Below, piece by piece: positions 31,883 through 44,534 of a stretch of 64,000 nt of DNA. The stretch is taken from positions 9,170 through 73,169 of the forward strand of contig JAJPJI010000029.1 of NCBI GenBank assembly GCA_021324305.1, in the 5' to 3' direction. Under the pieces are notes generated by a model that had not been told where the DNA came from, made no database searches, and saw only the letters and a list, made by a program, of their open reading frames with translations. Position 1 is the first letter of the stretch, and the number at the start of each line of letters is the position of its first letter. The translations under genes were made by a program, and so were the position numbers. The DNA comes from Gammaproteobacteria bacterium. GTDB lineage: Bacteria > Pseudomonadota > Gammaproteobacteria > DSM-16500.

Positions 31883-32313
31883 GTTTTTATTCTCCCAATC
31901 TTTTCATAAAAAGTTTCAGGTAATGCAGCAGGTTGTATGTTTTTATCGACACAAACAACCTTGATTTCCGCCTTGCATAATATTTTATCGGGCTGTCCGG
32001 CCAAGCGCAAATGCTGAGCGAAAATAATGCTGGCAGGCTTGAGTGTCTTGATGACACTGACCACTTCCACATATTCATGTACGCGCGCCGGTTTCAGGAA
32101 TTGAATAGCAGCAGAGTGAATGACAAAGAGCAGCTCGTGCTCTTTCTGCCAGGCGATGCCCATCCCCAGGTTCTCTATCCATTCTGAACGTGCCCGCTCC
32201 ATGAAATTGAAATAATTGGCATGAAAAACCAGCCCCGTACAGTCAGTATCCTCTATATGAACCCGCAATGGATAAACAAACTCCAGCTGTTCCTGCGAAA
32301 TGCCGGCTGCCAA
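31879..32313 (-). CDS. ybgC: Tol-Pal-associated acyl-CoA thioesterase
   Basis: RVHIEDTDCTGLVFHANYFNFMERAR; precedes tolQ. Confidence 0.92.
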   Translation of the reverse strand: MAAGISQEQLEFVYPLRVHIEDTDCTGLVFHANYFNFMERARSEWIENLGMGIAWQKEHELLFVIHSAAIQFLKPARVHEYVEVVSVIKTLKPASIIFAQHLRLAGQPDKILCKAEIKVVCVDKNIQPAALPETFYEKIGRIKT

Positions 32314-33357
32314 TTATTCGACTCCTTCAAACAGGCTTACATTTTGCGCAGTATGCAGCTTTTCAGGCGCCTTTAATCCAAAATGCTGATATGCGTGTTT
32401 TGTAGCCATTCGGCCGCGCGGTGTGCGCAGCATAAATCCCTGCTGGATAAGAAAAGGTTCAATCACATCTTCAATCGTGCCTTTCTCTTCATTGATGAAA
32501 GCAGCCAGGCTTTCGAGGCCGACCGGTCCGCCGCTGAATTTTTCCATCAATGCCAATAATAATTTCTGGTCCATGACATCGAAACCCTGACTGTCTACCT
32601 TGAGGAAATCAAGCGCACTTCGGACTATCGATTCTGTTACCTGACCGTTTGCCTTGACTTGCGCATAATCACGCACGCGCCGCAGCAGCCGGTTGGCAAT
32701 ACGCGGCGTACCGCGCGAACGCCGTGCAACTTCTTCCGCACCGGACAAATCAAAGGCAACATTCAGGATATTCGCTGAGCGCAGTACAATCTGGGTTAAA
32801 TCCCTGGTCTGATAAAACTCCAGCCGCTGCACGATGCCGAACCGGTCGCGCAGAGGTGAAGTAAGCAATCCCGCGCGGGTGGTTGCTCCGATGAGAGTAA
32901 ATTTTGGCAAATCCAGTTTGATGGAGCGTGCTGCCGGTCCTTCTCCAATCATGATATCAATCTGGTAATCTTCCATTGCCGGATAAAGGACTTCTTCCAC
33001 GACCGGACTCAAGCGGTGAATTTCATCGATAAACAAGACATCGCCTGCCTGCAGATTGGTCAGTATCGCCGCGACATCCCCCGGACGTTCAAGCACAGGG
33101 CCTGATGTCTGTTTCAGGCCGACGCCCAGTTCATTGGCGATAATATTCGCGAGTGTGGTTTTACCCAAGCCCGGCGGCCCAAAAATCAGGACATGGTCGA
33201 GCGCATCCTGCCGTCCTTTCGCTGCCTGGATAAAGATATCCATTTGATCGCGCACGGATTCCTGTCCGATATAATCCTGCAAATACTTTGGGCGTAAGGC
33301 ACGATCAACCGGATCATTTTCCAATTGTTCAGGGGTAATAATTCTATCTGCTTGCAT
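32314..33357 (-). CDS. ruvB: Holliday junction helicase RuvB
   Basis: [33 protein letters not shown]. Confidence 0.98.
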   Translation of the reverse strand: MQADRIITPEQLENDPVDRALRPKYLQDYIGQESVRDQMDIFIQAAKGRQDALDHVLIFGPPGLGKTTLANIIANELGVGLKQTSGPVLERPGDVAAILTNLQAGDVLFIDEIHRLSPVVEEVLYPAMEDYQIDIMIGEGPAARSIKLDLPKFTLIGATTRAGLLTSPLRDRFGIVQRLEFYQTRDLTQIVLRSANILNVAFDLSGAEEVARRSRGTPRIANRLLRRVRDYAQVKANGQVTESIVRSALDFLKVDSQGFDVMDQKLLLALMEKFSGGPVGLESLAAFINEEKGTIEDVIEPFLIQQGFMLRTPRGRMATKHAYQHFGLKAPEKLHTAQNVSLFEGVE

Positions 33358-33404
33358 AAGAACCTCGCATCACTTGCCTATTTACCAGGAGAGCGGAACT
33401 GACC

Positions 33405-34010
33405 TTACATCATTTCCCTTAAAGCCCGGCGTATGAGTTCTTCACTGCCAGCTGCGCCGTCATCAATTTTGGTCACGGTGCGGCTTGCTTCCTGTTGCTT
33501 GTATCCTAACGTAATCAGGGCTGCTATCGCATCCTGTAAAATCTGATGACGGCCCTGATTTTCCTGCTTGACCAGTGACGCGCCTTCCACAGGCGCACCC
33601 TGGTACCAGTCAGATAATTTGTCACGCATTTCAATGACCAGGCGTTCAGCTGTTTTCTTTCCGATTCCTGGAAGCCGAACCAGACTTGCCGTATCATTAT
33701 TCAGCACACAGCGCACAAATTCTTCCGGCGCTGTACTTGATAAAATTGTCAGCGCCAATCTTGGACCAACACCGTTAACTTTCAACAAGGTACGAAACAA
33801 CAGACGCTCATCGCGTGTGTAAAAGCCATAAAGATGCTGCGCATCCTCACGTACCACGAAGTGTGTGAATAAAGTCACTTCCTGGCCAATGTCTGGCAAT
33901 TGGTAAAACGTGCTCATCGGAGCATCAATTTCATAACCTATGCCATGCACATCCACGAGTAACAAAGGAGGTTGCTTTTCGAGAATAATGCCACGTACCT
34001 GCCCAATCAT
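33405..34010 (-). CDS. ruvA: Holliday junction DNA-binding protein RuvA
   Basis: GIGYEI, VVREDA, VNGVGP, PGIGKKTAERL. Confidence 0.98.
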   Translation of the reverse strand: MIGQVRGIILEKQPPLLLVDVHGIGYEIDAPMSTFYQLPDIGQEVTLFTHFVVREDAQHLYGFYTRDERLLFRTLLKVNGVGPRLALTILSSTAPEEFVRCVLNNDTASLVRLPGIGKKTAERLVIEMRDKLSDWYQGAPVEGASLVKQENQGRHQILQDAIAALITLGYKQQEASRTVTKIDDGAAGSEELIRRALREMM

Positions 34011-34169
34011 GCCGAAATCCTTGCCAAAAAATGCTTGTTACGCTCAATGATATAGCCTGTGGAGGAGTTTTCAATCATTACTTTACTGTCTTGCATACCA
34101 CACCTCGAGTGCTCAATATACGAACAAAATGATTTTCGTGATACAATCATCGCCATCTAAAAATACAAA

Positions 34170-35300
34170 ATGCTTTTTTCAGTAACATACGAGGAGCCAT
34201 CCATGATTATTGTGGTTTATTATCCTGATTCAACTTCACACATCGCGATAGGATTGACTGGTCTTGGGAAAGAAAAAAATATTTACATCAGTTTTTTTCC
34301 CGGAAATGAAAAGTCTATCGCCGGTTTTCGCCTGCACGAACTGAATCACGACAGGTTCAAGGAGAATCATCAGAATCGCGCAGCCACAGTGGTGATCCTG
34401 CCAACCGAAGAAAGCTGCGGTTATGGTCTTTCGGAAAACGCCATTTACCACTGGTGGAAAAACGAATTTCATCCGGGCAGAGAGAGCTTTAACTGGTTTA
34501 CCAATAATTGTTCCTCGATTGTTTACAGGGCCTTATGCGTCGGTCAGATCCATTCACATACATTAAACAAGACATCGCTCGAGAAGGATTTCTGGCTCTG
34601 CTCACCAGGAAAAATCCTTTCTTACGCGATTGACCTTGCGGATGCCATGTATGCAGACAAAACCATAGAGGGGGACCTGTTCCTGAAATTCTCGGAATTG
34701 AAAACGATATGCGAATTGGGCAAATTGAAAAATCCTTATTGTCAGGTATTAGCCCTCTACACGCGAATCAGTCAATTTAACACGGACAATTACAGTCTTA
34801 TCCTCAATAAACCTTTTTGCGACATGATTAAAAACGTACTGGTTGAATTCAGTAACAAGCTTGCTGATTCATCCGGAACAGACTGCGAACAGCTTCGTTT
34901 ACTTGCATCACTGAACAGTGATGAATTCTCGACAGTCAATCCGGATTTATTTTTTGAAAAACTGAAAAATCTGATGGAGCACATTCTGGCATTTGACAAC
35001 AGCAAGGTGCTCGCCAAACACGGCATCAAGGAAGGCCCGGAATTTATCAGAAGCCAGTTGTTACAGCACGCATTGCAAGTCCTGCAAACCACCATTGCAA
35101 ATCAGTTATTGACGCCAATGAGCGCCTATATCGATCAATTCGTTCCGCATGTATTTCAGCAGCGCGCGAATATCATCAAGGCACTGGACGGTTTCGCGGA
35201 AAATCTGGACGCTAACAATAATCCTCATAAAAAATACGTCCAGAAATCCGAACCCATCCCTCAGGAATTCCGGAATATCAGCTTCGGCCGTGTGATGTGA
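34170..35300 (+). CDS. Hypothetical protein with permuted papain-like (His...NC) N-terminal domain, putative effector
   Basis: SHIAIG...YISFFPG...FNWFTNNCSSIVYRAL resembles PPPDE/LRAT-type His-before-Cys catalytic order. Confidence 0.6.
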   Translation: MLFSVTYEEPSMIIVVYYPDSTSHIAIGLTGLGKEKNIYISFFPGNEKSIAGFRLHELNHDRFKENHQNRAATVVILPTEESCGYGLSENAIYHWWKNEFHPGRESFNWFTNNCSSIVYRALCVGQIHSHTLNKTSLEKDFWLCSPGKILSYAIDLADAMYADKTIEGDLFLKFSELKTICELGKLKNPYCQVLALYTRISQFNTDNYSLILNKPFCDMIKNVLVEFSNKLADSSGTDCEQLRLLASLNSDEFSTVNPDLFFEKLKNLMEHILAFDNSKVLAKHGIKEGPEFIRSQLLQHALQVLQTTIANQLLTPMSAYIDQFVPHVFQQRANIIKALDGFAENLDANNNPHKKYVQKSEPIPQEFRNISFGRVM

Positions 35301-35306
35301 ACTCCC

Positions 35307-35342
35307 GCATTCGCCGCATCGCACTCTGATGGCGGCGGATGC
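35307..35342. terminator. Hairpin between convergent accessory genes
   Basis: gcattcgccg/cggcggatgc 10 bp plus inner catc/gatg; no clear U-tract. Confidence 0.45.
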
Positions 35343-35420
35343 CTGTTTCAAACAGCTGGTTGAAGGCACATCAACAGGGCGCTGAAAACAGACAGACTCC
35401 CGGAACAATACGTAAACATT

Positions 35421-38228
35421 TCAGATCGTGCGTCGCTGCACGGCCTGCAATTTTTCCAGCGGCTCTTTTATTTTTGCCATGCATTGCCTGAACTTGCATT
35501 GAGGATTGTTCCTGTCCTGCTCATTGCCCTTGTATATCCGGTTATAATCCTTATCAAACAGGCCAAGAAAAACATGCGATGCTTTTTTCAGCTGTTCTGA
35601 ATTTTTTTTCTCCGGCCCTGCGCTGGCAAGCACCGTATCCACATGCTCCCGATAGCGAAGTGCGAAATCCATTTTTTTGGTTCCGAGTGTACTGATATCC
35701 AGCTTGTTCAATACCCCGTAATAGAAGCGCCTGAAGCCGGTATGGTTCTTTTTAATAAATTCATCGAGATTTTTCTTGATCTCGATCAAGGGATCCATGA
35801 TATCCCTGACCTGGTTATTTTCAATATAGCGTGTATATGCCATGGCCATTAGCTCGCATTTGTCCTTGTATGATCCATCTATATTCGCGATATCTTTCAG
35901 CGCCAGAAATTCAGCTTTCTGTGCGTCATTCGCAAGCGTCAATGCGTAGGCCTCCATCTTCTTCAATAATTCCTCGAACTTTGCTTTCCAAATCCGGTTT
36001 TCCTCAAAGGTATCTTTCGCCGTCAGATTTTCAGTCATTATCTTTGCGGTTTCTTCGCTTGCGTCAAGACCTTCAAGATCAATGAACGCCACGGTTTCAT
36101 TATGTCTTGCCTGTTCGGCAACCGGAGGACCAGATGGCGATGCCATTTCGGGCAATTCCTGGGATTTTGTCTCTTCTTCCAATCCCGGCAAATAGGCATC
36201 GAAACGCAAACTCATCGCTGCCAGCTCTTTCGCAAAATTTTCCGCCTTGGTGACCGTCGCTGGCTTGCGGAGCAGGTTCATCATGGTTAACTTGGTCACA
36301 GCTTCATGATAGTTTTCTGCCACGGGGACGATGGCATCAGCCAACGCCTGAAAAGTGGTCGTCGCCCGTACCTTGTCTTTGGCTGCTTCCAGCATCGCCA
36401 GGTTTGGCGATTTGCCATTTTTGCCTTGCTTTTCGATTTCCTGTTTCAGCCAGCTGACCAATTCTCTCTGCTTGTCAATAAGCTTGTCCTGGGCATCTCT
36501 TTTAAATATCGCCTTGTAAAGATCGCTGTTCAGGGAATATGTCCTGGGCAGCTGCTTGAGTATTTCATTCCAGCGCGTTTTATCTGCATGCAGTTGATCG
36601 ACAATATAGTCGCAATAGGGTGCCGTATTGCCGATTGATTTCAAATTCCTGGCCGCATAATGGGAAAAGACACTCAGCAAATCCTGGTTCTTGTTTGCCT
36701 TCAGGATTTCATTTACCTCGATTCTGAATGCTTTGAGTTTCGCAATCTGGTCTGGCGTGAGATCAAAAACTGTTTTCCTGTCCGTCAAGAGGACATCAAG
36801 TTTTTGCATTGGTATCATCAATAATAATGAAACAGGATTATCGCTGCTTAAACTGATCGCTTCCTCTTTATGGATCTCCAGATATTCTCTTGTCTGCGCT
36901 TCACTTTTTGCCATTAATTCATCAGCCATTTCCTGGGCCTTCCCAAAACTCTGTGAACTAATGCCTCCAACAAACAATGGCACATTACGCTGGCCGAAAT
37001 CGGTGGCAATCTGCTTCAGGCCCCGCGCTTTTGCCTCCGTATTTTTGACAGGAGTTTTCACCTTGGCGAGTACTCTTGGCAGCAGGTTGCGATAAATTCG
37101 TTCGAATAAATTGGGCGCATAGAAATCGTGATCATCAAAGGCAGTGTATCCAAGATAAGGTGATTGATAGGTTTCCGGTGCAGGCGGCGTGGTCTCCCTG
37201 GATACCTGTGCCCTGGCTTCCTGAGAAGCAGATGGCTGGGGTAATTCCGCATAAGGGGTTTTTGTCGTTTCATCAAAAATAAATGCAAGTGTCTGTAAAT
37301 TTTGGCCTTGCTCGCCAAGATTCATACCCAGTTCTTTTTCCTGCCGCGAATCAACCGTGGAAACAGGGATATTATCGAGCAGGCCGCCATCGACGAAAAC
37401 ACCATCGCCTCGTTCCGCATAAATACCCAGAACTTCTTTTTTAATTGCCACTGGCGCCAAAAGAACAGGCAATGATGCCGAAGCGCGGCAAGCCAGGGCG
37501 ATTTCAAGGTTCTCGGTATTTTCATTGTTTAAAATATACAGCTCGCCAGTTTCTCTGTTGACAGAGGTGACCGACAGGCTTTTAAACGCACCATCAATTC
37601 CGGTTACCTGATTGAATTGCCGCAATGTATTGAGCGCCTTGAAACTGATATCACTGATCTCAATCTGATTTTCAGCAAGTAATTTCAATGTATTGGGTAA
37701 CTCATCCAATAGCGCATCCAAACCCTTTGTTTTATCCGGATCACCCAGAAGATGATGAATAATGCTTTTATCATTATCTGACAAATGCTGATAGACAGCT
37801 GTCATCTCCTGTCTGTCGCCCCGTTGCAGGGTGGTGAGAATACTGATTGCGATATGCTTTCTGAGAAATGCGAGAATGGGCTCGCCGGTTTTTTGGAGAT
37901 GTCCCGATCCCAGTAATTCGGCAAAATTCTGTTCTTTTGTTATCTTTTTGAATGTATCGCCGGTGATACCCGCAGCATAAAGAGCCGCTGTAATTGCACC
38001 AATGGATGAACCGGCAACATGTTTGATTTTCTGGCCTTCCAGGGCCTTGATGACACCAGGATAAACGGCACCCTTGGCGCCGCCTCCGCTAAACACGACA
38101 TTTTCTATCGGCGGAGCACTGGAGATATAAACATATTTTTTCTGGTTATTGGCAAACGTGGTTTCAATTAACGCGGTGTCCGTATCAACATCAACCTGCA
38201 CCATAACAGGAGTGGTGGTTTGCGACAT
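35421..38228 (-). CDS. Large patatin-like phospholipase (ExoU/VpdC-like), putative effector
   Basis: GGGAKG oxyanion loop, GSSIG nucleophile, DGG catalytic Asp, long helical C-terminal region. Confidence 0.9.
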   Translation of the reverse strand: MSQTTTPVMVQVDVDTDTALIETTFANNQKKYVYISSAPPIENVVFSGGGAKGAVYPGVIKALEGQKIKHVAGSSIGAITAALYAAGITGDTFKKITKEQNFAELLGSGHLQKTGEPILAFLRKHIAISILTTLQRGDRQEMTAVYQHLSDNDKSIIHHLLGDPDKTKGLDALLDELPNTLKLLAENQIEISDISFKALNTLRQFNQVTGIDGAFKSLSVTSVNRETGELYILNNENTENLEIALACRASASLPVLLAPVAIKKEVLGIYAERGDGVFVDGGLLDNIPVSTVDSRQEKELGMNLGEQGQNLQTLAFIFDETTKTPYAELPQPSASQEARAQVSRETTPPAPETYQSPYLGYTAFDDHDFYAPNLFERIYRNLLPRVLAKVKTPVKNTEAKARGLKQIATDFGQRNVPLFVGGISSQSFGKAQEMADELMAKSEAQTREYLEIHKEEAISLSSDNPVSLLLMIPMQKLDVLLTDRKTVFDLTPDQIAKLKAFRIEVNEILKANKNQDLLSVFSHYAARNLKSIGNTAPYCDYIVDQLHADKTRWNEILKQLPRTYSLNSDLYKAIFKRDAQDKLIDKQRELVSWLKQEIEKQGKNGKSPNLAMLEAAKDKVRATTTFQALADAIVPVAENYHEAVTKLTMMNLLRKPATVTKAENFAKELAAMSLRFDAYLPGLEEETKSQELPEMASPSGPPVAEQARHNETVAFIDLEGLDASEETAKIMTENLTAKDTFEENRIWKAKFEELLKKMEAYALTLANDAQKAEFLALKDIANIDGSYKDKCELMAMAYTRYIENNQVRDIMDPLIEIKKNLDEFIKKNHTGFRRFYYGVLNKLDISTLGTKKMDFALRYREHVDTVLASAGPEKKNSEQLKKASHVFLGLFDKDYNRIYKGNEQDRNNPQCKFRQCMAKIKEPLEKLQAVQRRTI

Positions 38229-38362
38229 ATGTTACCCTGCCTGAAGACCATTCATTTTATTATAGACAATTTCAATCTTTCCAGCAGGCTATTGTTTGTA
38301 TTGACAATGATATCGTGACTGATGCCATCGGTCGCCTGAAGCGGCGCAGGCAATACCGGATA

Positions 38363-38848
38363 TCAGCGAAAATGGATCCCCAGGTTACGCAAGTTACGTG
38401 CGTGCGCATGACAAAGCGCGACAGCCAATGCATCCGCTGCATCGGGCTGCAAATTGCCGCTTAAATTCAGCAGCCGCTTGACCATGAATTGAACCTGGTC
38501 TTTGTTGGCAGCGCCATGGCCCACAACCGATTTCTTGACCTGGCGCGCCGAATATTCCGCAACCGGCATATCCAGTGCGACAATTGCCGCTCCGCGTGCC
38601 TGCCCCAGCTTGAGTGCTGAATTGGCATTTTCCTGCATGAAAACCTGCTCGATTGCAGCTTCATGCGGCTGGTATGTCTGAATCACGGTTTGCAGGCCTA
38701 AAAAAATTTGCCGCAGCCTTTCAGAAACTGGATAGGAGGTTAGGTCAAGATATCCGCTTGCGAGATAAATGTGCCGATTTCCTTCAAGACGGATAATGCC
38801 ATATCCGGTACGGCGTGATCCTGGATCTATCCCTATGATCACTGTCAT
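38363..38848 (-). CDS. ruvC: Crossover junction endodeoxyribonuclease RuvC
   Basis: [31 protein letters not shown]. Likely start 38848. Confidence 0.97.
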   Translation of the reverse strand: MTVIIGIDPGSRRTGYGIIRLEGNRHIYLASGYLDLTSYPVSERLRQIFLGLQTVIQTYQPHEAAIEQVFMQENANSALKLGQARGAAIVALDMPVAEYSARQVKKSVVGHGAANKDQVQFMVKRLLNLSGNLQPDAADALAVALCHAHARNLRNLGIHFR

Positions 38849-39003
38849 ATGTTCTGTTTCCGTTTTAAACCCAAGCACATTGTTTCTCTCCTTCACAAGG
38901 CTGAAAGAGAGATAAAGGAAAGGATATAAGAATCCTTCCCCGTCTTAATCCTTTCTTCCTGTGCCATGCAGTAAACCCACACATAGGAAGAAAGAAACTG
39001 CAT
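38845..39003 (-). promoter_or_regulatory. Structured ruvC leader with 11-aa uORF and sequestered RBS
   Basis: uORF 38880-38845 ([11 protein letters not shown]) ends in ATGA overlapping the ruvC start. Its AAGGAG lies in an 11-bp stem; further overlapping hairpins lie upstream. Confidence 0.4.
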
Positions 39004-39008
39004 TGTTA

Positions 39009-39758
39009 TCAAGACAGTTTATTCAGAATTTCTTCCGCGATATCCGCATTTGAATAAACTGATTGCACGTCATCCAGGTCTTCCAGCGTGTCTATCAGTG
39101 TCACGACTTTTTCAGCCGTTTCCTTGTCCGTGATGGAAACATTCGTTGCAGCACGCATAGTTACATCCGCCTGTTCTGGGCGAAAACCAGACTTGACCAA
39201 TGCATCTTTAATCGGGATAAAGTTTTCCGGTGTGGTGATCACATCGATACTTTTGTCTTCATTTGAAATCACATCCTCAACTCCAAGCTCCAAAGCGTGT
39301 TCCATCAACCGCTCCTCGTCCACGCCCGGAGCGAAAGTAAGCAGCCCCTCTTTTTTGAACAAGTAGGCGACGGAACCATCCGTGCCAAGATTGCCGCCGC
39401 TCTTGGTGAATGCATGCCTGACTTCAGCAACCGTGCGATTACGATTATTTGTCATGCAATCGACCATCACGGCAATGCCGCCCGGGCCATAACCTTCATA
39501 ACGGACTTCTTCAACATTCTCACCTTCCATGCCACCGACCCCGCGCTTGATTGCGCGCTCGATGACATCTTTCGTCATATTGGCTTCCTGAGCTTTATCC
39601 AACGCAGCTCGCAACCGTGGATTGGAACCGGGATCACCACCGCCCATCTTGGCGGAAACAGTGACTTCACGAATGATTTTGGTGTAGAGCTTGCCGCGTT
39701 TAGCATCAACTTTTGCTTTATGCCGCTTGATATTAGCCCACTTGCTGTGTCCTGCCAT
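39009..39758 (-). CDS. yebC: YebC/PmpR family protein
   Basis: [28 protein letters not shown]. Confidence 0.96.
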   Translation of the reverse strand: MAGHSKWANIKRHKAKVDAKRGKLYTKIIREVTVSAKMGGGDPGSNPRLRAALDKAQEANMTKDVIERAIKRGVGGMEGENVEEVRYEGYGPGGIAVMVDCMTNNRNRTVAEVRHAFTKSGGNLGTDGSVAYLFKKEGLLTFAPGVDEERLMEHALELGVEDVISNEDKSIDVITTPENFIPIKDALVKSGFRPEQADVTMRAATNVSITDKETAEKVVTLIDTLEDLDDVQSVYSNADIAEEILNKLS

Positions 39759-39780
39759 TTTCGCACCCTAAATTGTGAAT

Positions 39781-41589
39781 TTATTTTTTCTCTGCCACTT
39801 TTTCCTCAGAAACTCCCGCATTTTCCTTGGCTTTGATTGCGATGCGTATGCCCAGTTCAATCAACTGCTCAGGCTCAACCGGTGCCGGCGCATCCATCAG
39901 CGGACAGCTGGCTGTCTGTGTTTTCGGGAAAGCAATCACATCACGAATTGAACTTGCGCCGGTCATTAACATGACAAGCCTGTCGAGACCAAACGCGATA
40001 CCACCGTGCGGGGGACAGCCTAAACGCATCGCCGTGAGTAAATGTCCGAATTTTTCTTCAGCTTCCTCATCGTTGATATTGAGAATGTTAAACACCGCCT
40101 TTTGTATTGCTGAAGAATTGATACGCACAGAACCGCCGCCAATTTCACTGCCATTCAACACCATGTCGTATGCACGCGCCAGCATGTTGTGAGGATCTTT
40201 CATCAACTCTTCCACCGTATCCGCCTTTGGAGACGTAAATGGATGATGGCATGCAGAAAGCCTTCCCTCCCCTTTTTCAAACATGGGGAAATCAACCACC
40301 CATAAAATGCGCCAGCCTGATTCAACGAGACCGCGATCATGACCAACCTTGAGCCTTAACGCGCCAAGTGATTCATTTACGATAGCGGTTTTGTCAGCAC
40401 CAAAGAAAATAATGTCACCGACTTTAGCCTGGGTACGCTCGAGAATGGCGTTAACGACTGACTCCGGCAGGAATTTCAATATCGGTGATTGCAATCCTTC
40501 CTTGCCTTCAGCATTAATCTTGATGTACGCAAGACCGCGGGCGCCAAAAACACTGATATAACTGGTGTAATCATCAATTTCCTTGCGGCTGATGGCGGCG
40601 CCGCCAGGTACACGCAACGCGGCAACGCGACCATGTGGATCTTTTGCAGGTTCTGCGAAAACCTTGAATTCCACGTCTTTCATGAGATCGCCGACATCGA
40701 TAATTTCCAGGGGAATACGCAGATCAGGTTTATCAGACCCATAACGATTCATGGCTTCTGCATAGGTCATGCGCGGAAACGGATTGGGTAATTTGACATC
40801 CAGTAATTCAGCAAACAAACCACGTATCATTTCTTCCATGATGGCCTGGATTTCAAATTCCGTCAGGAAGGAGGTTTCGATATCTAACTGGGTAAATTCA
40901 GGCTGACGGTCAGCACGCAAGTCTTCATCACGGAAACAGCGCACGATTTGATAATAACGGTCGATGCCGGACATCATCAGCAACTGCTTGAATTGCTGCG
41001 GCGATTGCGGCAAGGCAAAGAAACTGCCTGGCTTGGTGCGGCTTGGAACAAGATAATCACGCGCACCTTCAGGCGTGGCACGAGTCAGACAGGGTGTTTC
41101 AACATCAATAAATCCTTGCTCATCCAGATAACGCCGCAGATAACGCGCAATCCGGGCGCGAGTTTTCAGCCGCTCCAGCATTTCAGGGCGGCGGATATCG
41201 AGATATCGATATTTAAGGCGCGCCTCTTCACCAACGTCATGAAATTCATCATCAATTGGAAACGGCAATGGATCAGAGCGATTCAGGATATTCAGTTCCG
41301 ACACGGCAACTTCGATTTCACCTGTTTTAAGATTTGGATTGATCGTGCCGTCTGGTCGCTTTCTTACTTTTCCCACTACCTGGACAACAAATTCGCTGCG
41401 AACGGATTCCGCATTGGCGAATGCATTTTTCTGTTCCGGCGCGACAACCACTTGCACAATACCTTCGCGATCGCGTAAATCAATGAATATGACACCGCCA
41501 TGATCCCGACGGCGATGCACCCATCCTGCCAATTTGATTTCCTGACCTAATAAATCAGCTGTTGCCTGACCGCAATAATGACTACGCAT
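39781..41589 (-). CDS. aspS: Aspartate-tRNA ligase
   Basis: [53 protein letters not shown]. Confidence 0.99.
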   Translation of the reverse strand: MRSHYCGQATADLLGQEIKLAGWVHRRRDHGGVIFIDLRDREGIVQVVVAPEQKNAFANAESVRSEFVVQVVGKVRKRPDGTINPNLKTGEIEVAVSELNILNRSDPLPFPIDDEFHDVGEEARLKYRYLDIRRPEMLERLKTRARIARYLRRYLDEQGFIDVETPCLTRATPEGARDYLVPSRTKPGSFFALPQSPQQFKQLLMMSGIDRYYQIVRCFRDEDLRADRQPEFTQLDIETSFLTEFEIQAIMEEMIRGLFAELLDVKLPNPFPRMTYAEAMNRYGSDKPDLRIPLEIIDVGDLMKDVEFKVFAEPAKDPHGRVAALRVPGGAAISRKEIDDYTSYISVFGARGLAYIKINAEGKEGLQSPILKFLPESVVNAILERTQAKVGDIIFFGADKTAIVNESLGALRLKVGHDRGLVESGWRILWVVDFPMFEKGEGRLSACHHPFTSPKADTVEELMKDPHNMLARAYDMVLNGSEIGGGSVRINSSAIQKAVFNILNINDEEAEEKFGHLLTAMRLGCPPHGGIAFGLDRLVMLMTGASSIRDVIAFPKTQTASCPLMDAPAPVEPEQLIELGIRIAIKAKENAGVSEEKVAEKK

Positions 41590-41650
41590 GAAGTACTACC
41601 ACCTTATCTATATTTATTAATTTATGTCCAGCATGTTTGAAAAACGATGT

Positions 41651-42274
41651 TTATTTCTGTTTGATCGTGCCAGTTCCCGGCTGTACAACCCCTAATGAGA
41701 TCACGAATTTTAACGCCTGATCCACACTGATATCTAGTTCTTTTACCCTGCTTCGCGGCGCCATCATCAGAAATCCGGAAGTCGGATTGGGCGTGGTGGG
41801 AATAAAGTAACTTACCATTTGTTCGCCGCCCAGATTTCCTTCTATATCCTTGCCCACTTCACCCGTCTGAAATGCCACGCTCCACACACCTTCACATGGG
41901 TACTCGACCAGAAGCACCTTGCGAAACGACTGACCGCCAGGTTTAAACAGCGTCTCCGTGACCTGCTTGACGCCTGTGTAAACTGACCGCACCAGCGGTA
42001 TGCGCACCATGATCGCGTCACCCAGCGCAACCAGCCGCCGGCCGATAAAGTTGGCCACAAACAGCCCGGTAAAGAAAATCACCAGCAAGGTCAGGATAAC
42101 CCCCACACCAGGTACATGAAATCCGAACAGGACATCCGGCTGCAAACTATGTGGTAATAGCAATAGGGACTTGTCGAGCAAATCAACCAGGAATTTGATC
42201 ACCAGCAGCGTTATGATAACTGGAAGCCAAACCAACAGGCCGGAAATAAAATATTTGCGTATTGCTGCTATCAT
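41651..42274 (-). CDS. DUF502 family membrane protein
   Basis: RIPLVRSVY..VKQ, VLLVEYP, FIPTTPNPTSG; typical position next to aspS. Confidence 0.9.
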   Translation of the reverse strand: MIAAIRKYFISGLLVWLPVIITLLVIKFLVDLLDKSLLLLPHSLQPDVLFGFHVPGVGVILTLLVIFFTGLFVANFIGRRLVALGDAIMVRIPLVRSVYTGVKQVTETLFKPGGQSFRKVLLVEYPCEGVWSVAFQTGEVGKDIEGNLGGEQMVSYFIPTTPNPTSGFLMMAPRSRVKELDISVDQALKFVISLGVVQPGTGTIKQK

Positions 42275-42609
42275 GATGCTGATCCTGTATTGGTGGATGA
42301 CGCACTGGAACCGGATGATCCTCCCGATGACGTATCATTTGTCTTGGCATCAGCAGAATTGTTATCCGTTCCTTTGCTACTGCTATCGGAACCATCCACT
42401 TTTTCTGTCCCTGATTTAGGCTTGCCTTTTGAACTATAGTCTGTCTTGTACCAGCCCGTGCCCTTGAGCTGGAAACCAGCTGCAGAAACCAGCCTGGTTA
42501 ACGCTGGCTTGTGGCATTCCGGACAGTCAGTCAGCGGTTTATCGGACATTTTTTGAATAGCCTCAAGCTGATGACCACATGCTGTACATTGATATTCATA
42601 AATCGGCAT
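42271..42609 (-). CDS. FmdB family zinc-ribbon protein
   Basis: MPIYEYQCTACG...CPEC...GFQLKGTGWY.TDY; Ser/Gly-rich tail. Confidence 0.93.
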   Translation of the reverse strand: MPIYEYQCTACGHQLEAIQKMSDKPLTDCPECHKPALTRLVSAAGFQLKGTGWYKTDYSSKGKPKSGTEKVDGSDSSSKGTDNNSADAKTNDTSSGGSSGSSASSTNTGSAS

Positions 42610-42970
42610 ACACTACCTCAGTCACGTAAAGAACCTGAATTTTTATCAAGATAATGATTTATAATAATTTTTTTGAAGCTTTCCCGCCTGCAAGATACAA
42701 GCAGGCCTATCTCGGGTTATCGTCAAAGTCTCATTATTTTAATAAGATACGACAATAATAGTACAGATAAAATTAATATCATAAATATTCTCTTAAAAAT
42801 TGAGCAAGGTAACTGTCATGCTTTCCGTTCATGCGGATTCTTATTATTCCCCCATTAAATATTCTCAACCGATTGGCATACATCCTATCACCTTATCTTG
42901 AATATCCCGGTAAAAAGATCCGGGCTATAATCGTTCATCTCATCCCATTAGAAAAAAAACAGGATCTCGC

Positions 42971-44420
<1,450 letters not shown>

Positions 44421-44534
44421 CGAAGCCATAATCAAGACTTTTCTTGCCGCGGCGGAAAACATGGGTTTGTTATCGTGACTGTCCAGCTTCATCATGCGAC
44501 TTCTGGTTTCATCATTGCTGTATAGGTTAGATAA

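Noticed and set aside
42673-42858. 61-aa ORF in the FmdB-SDR intergenic region
   Set aside because: TTG start, AT-rich divergent promoter region, no RBS or motif.
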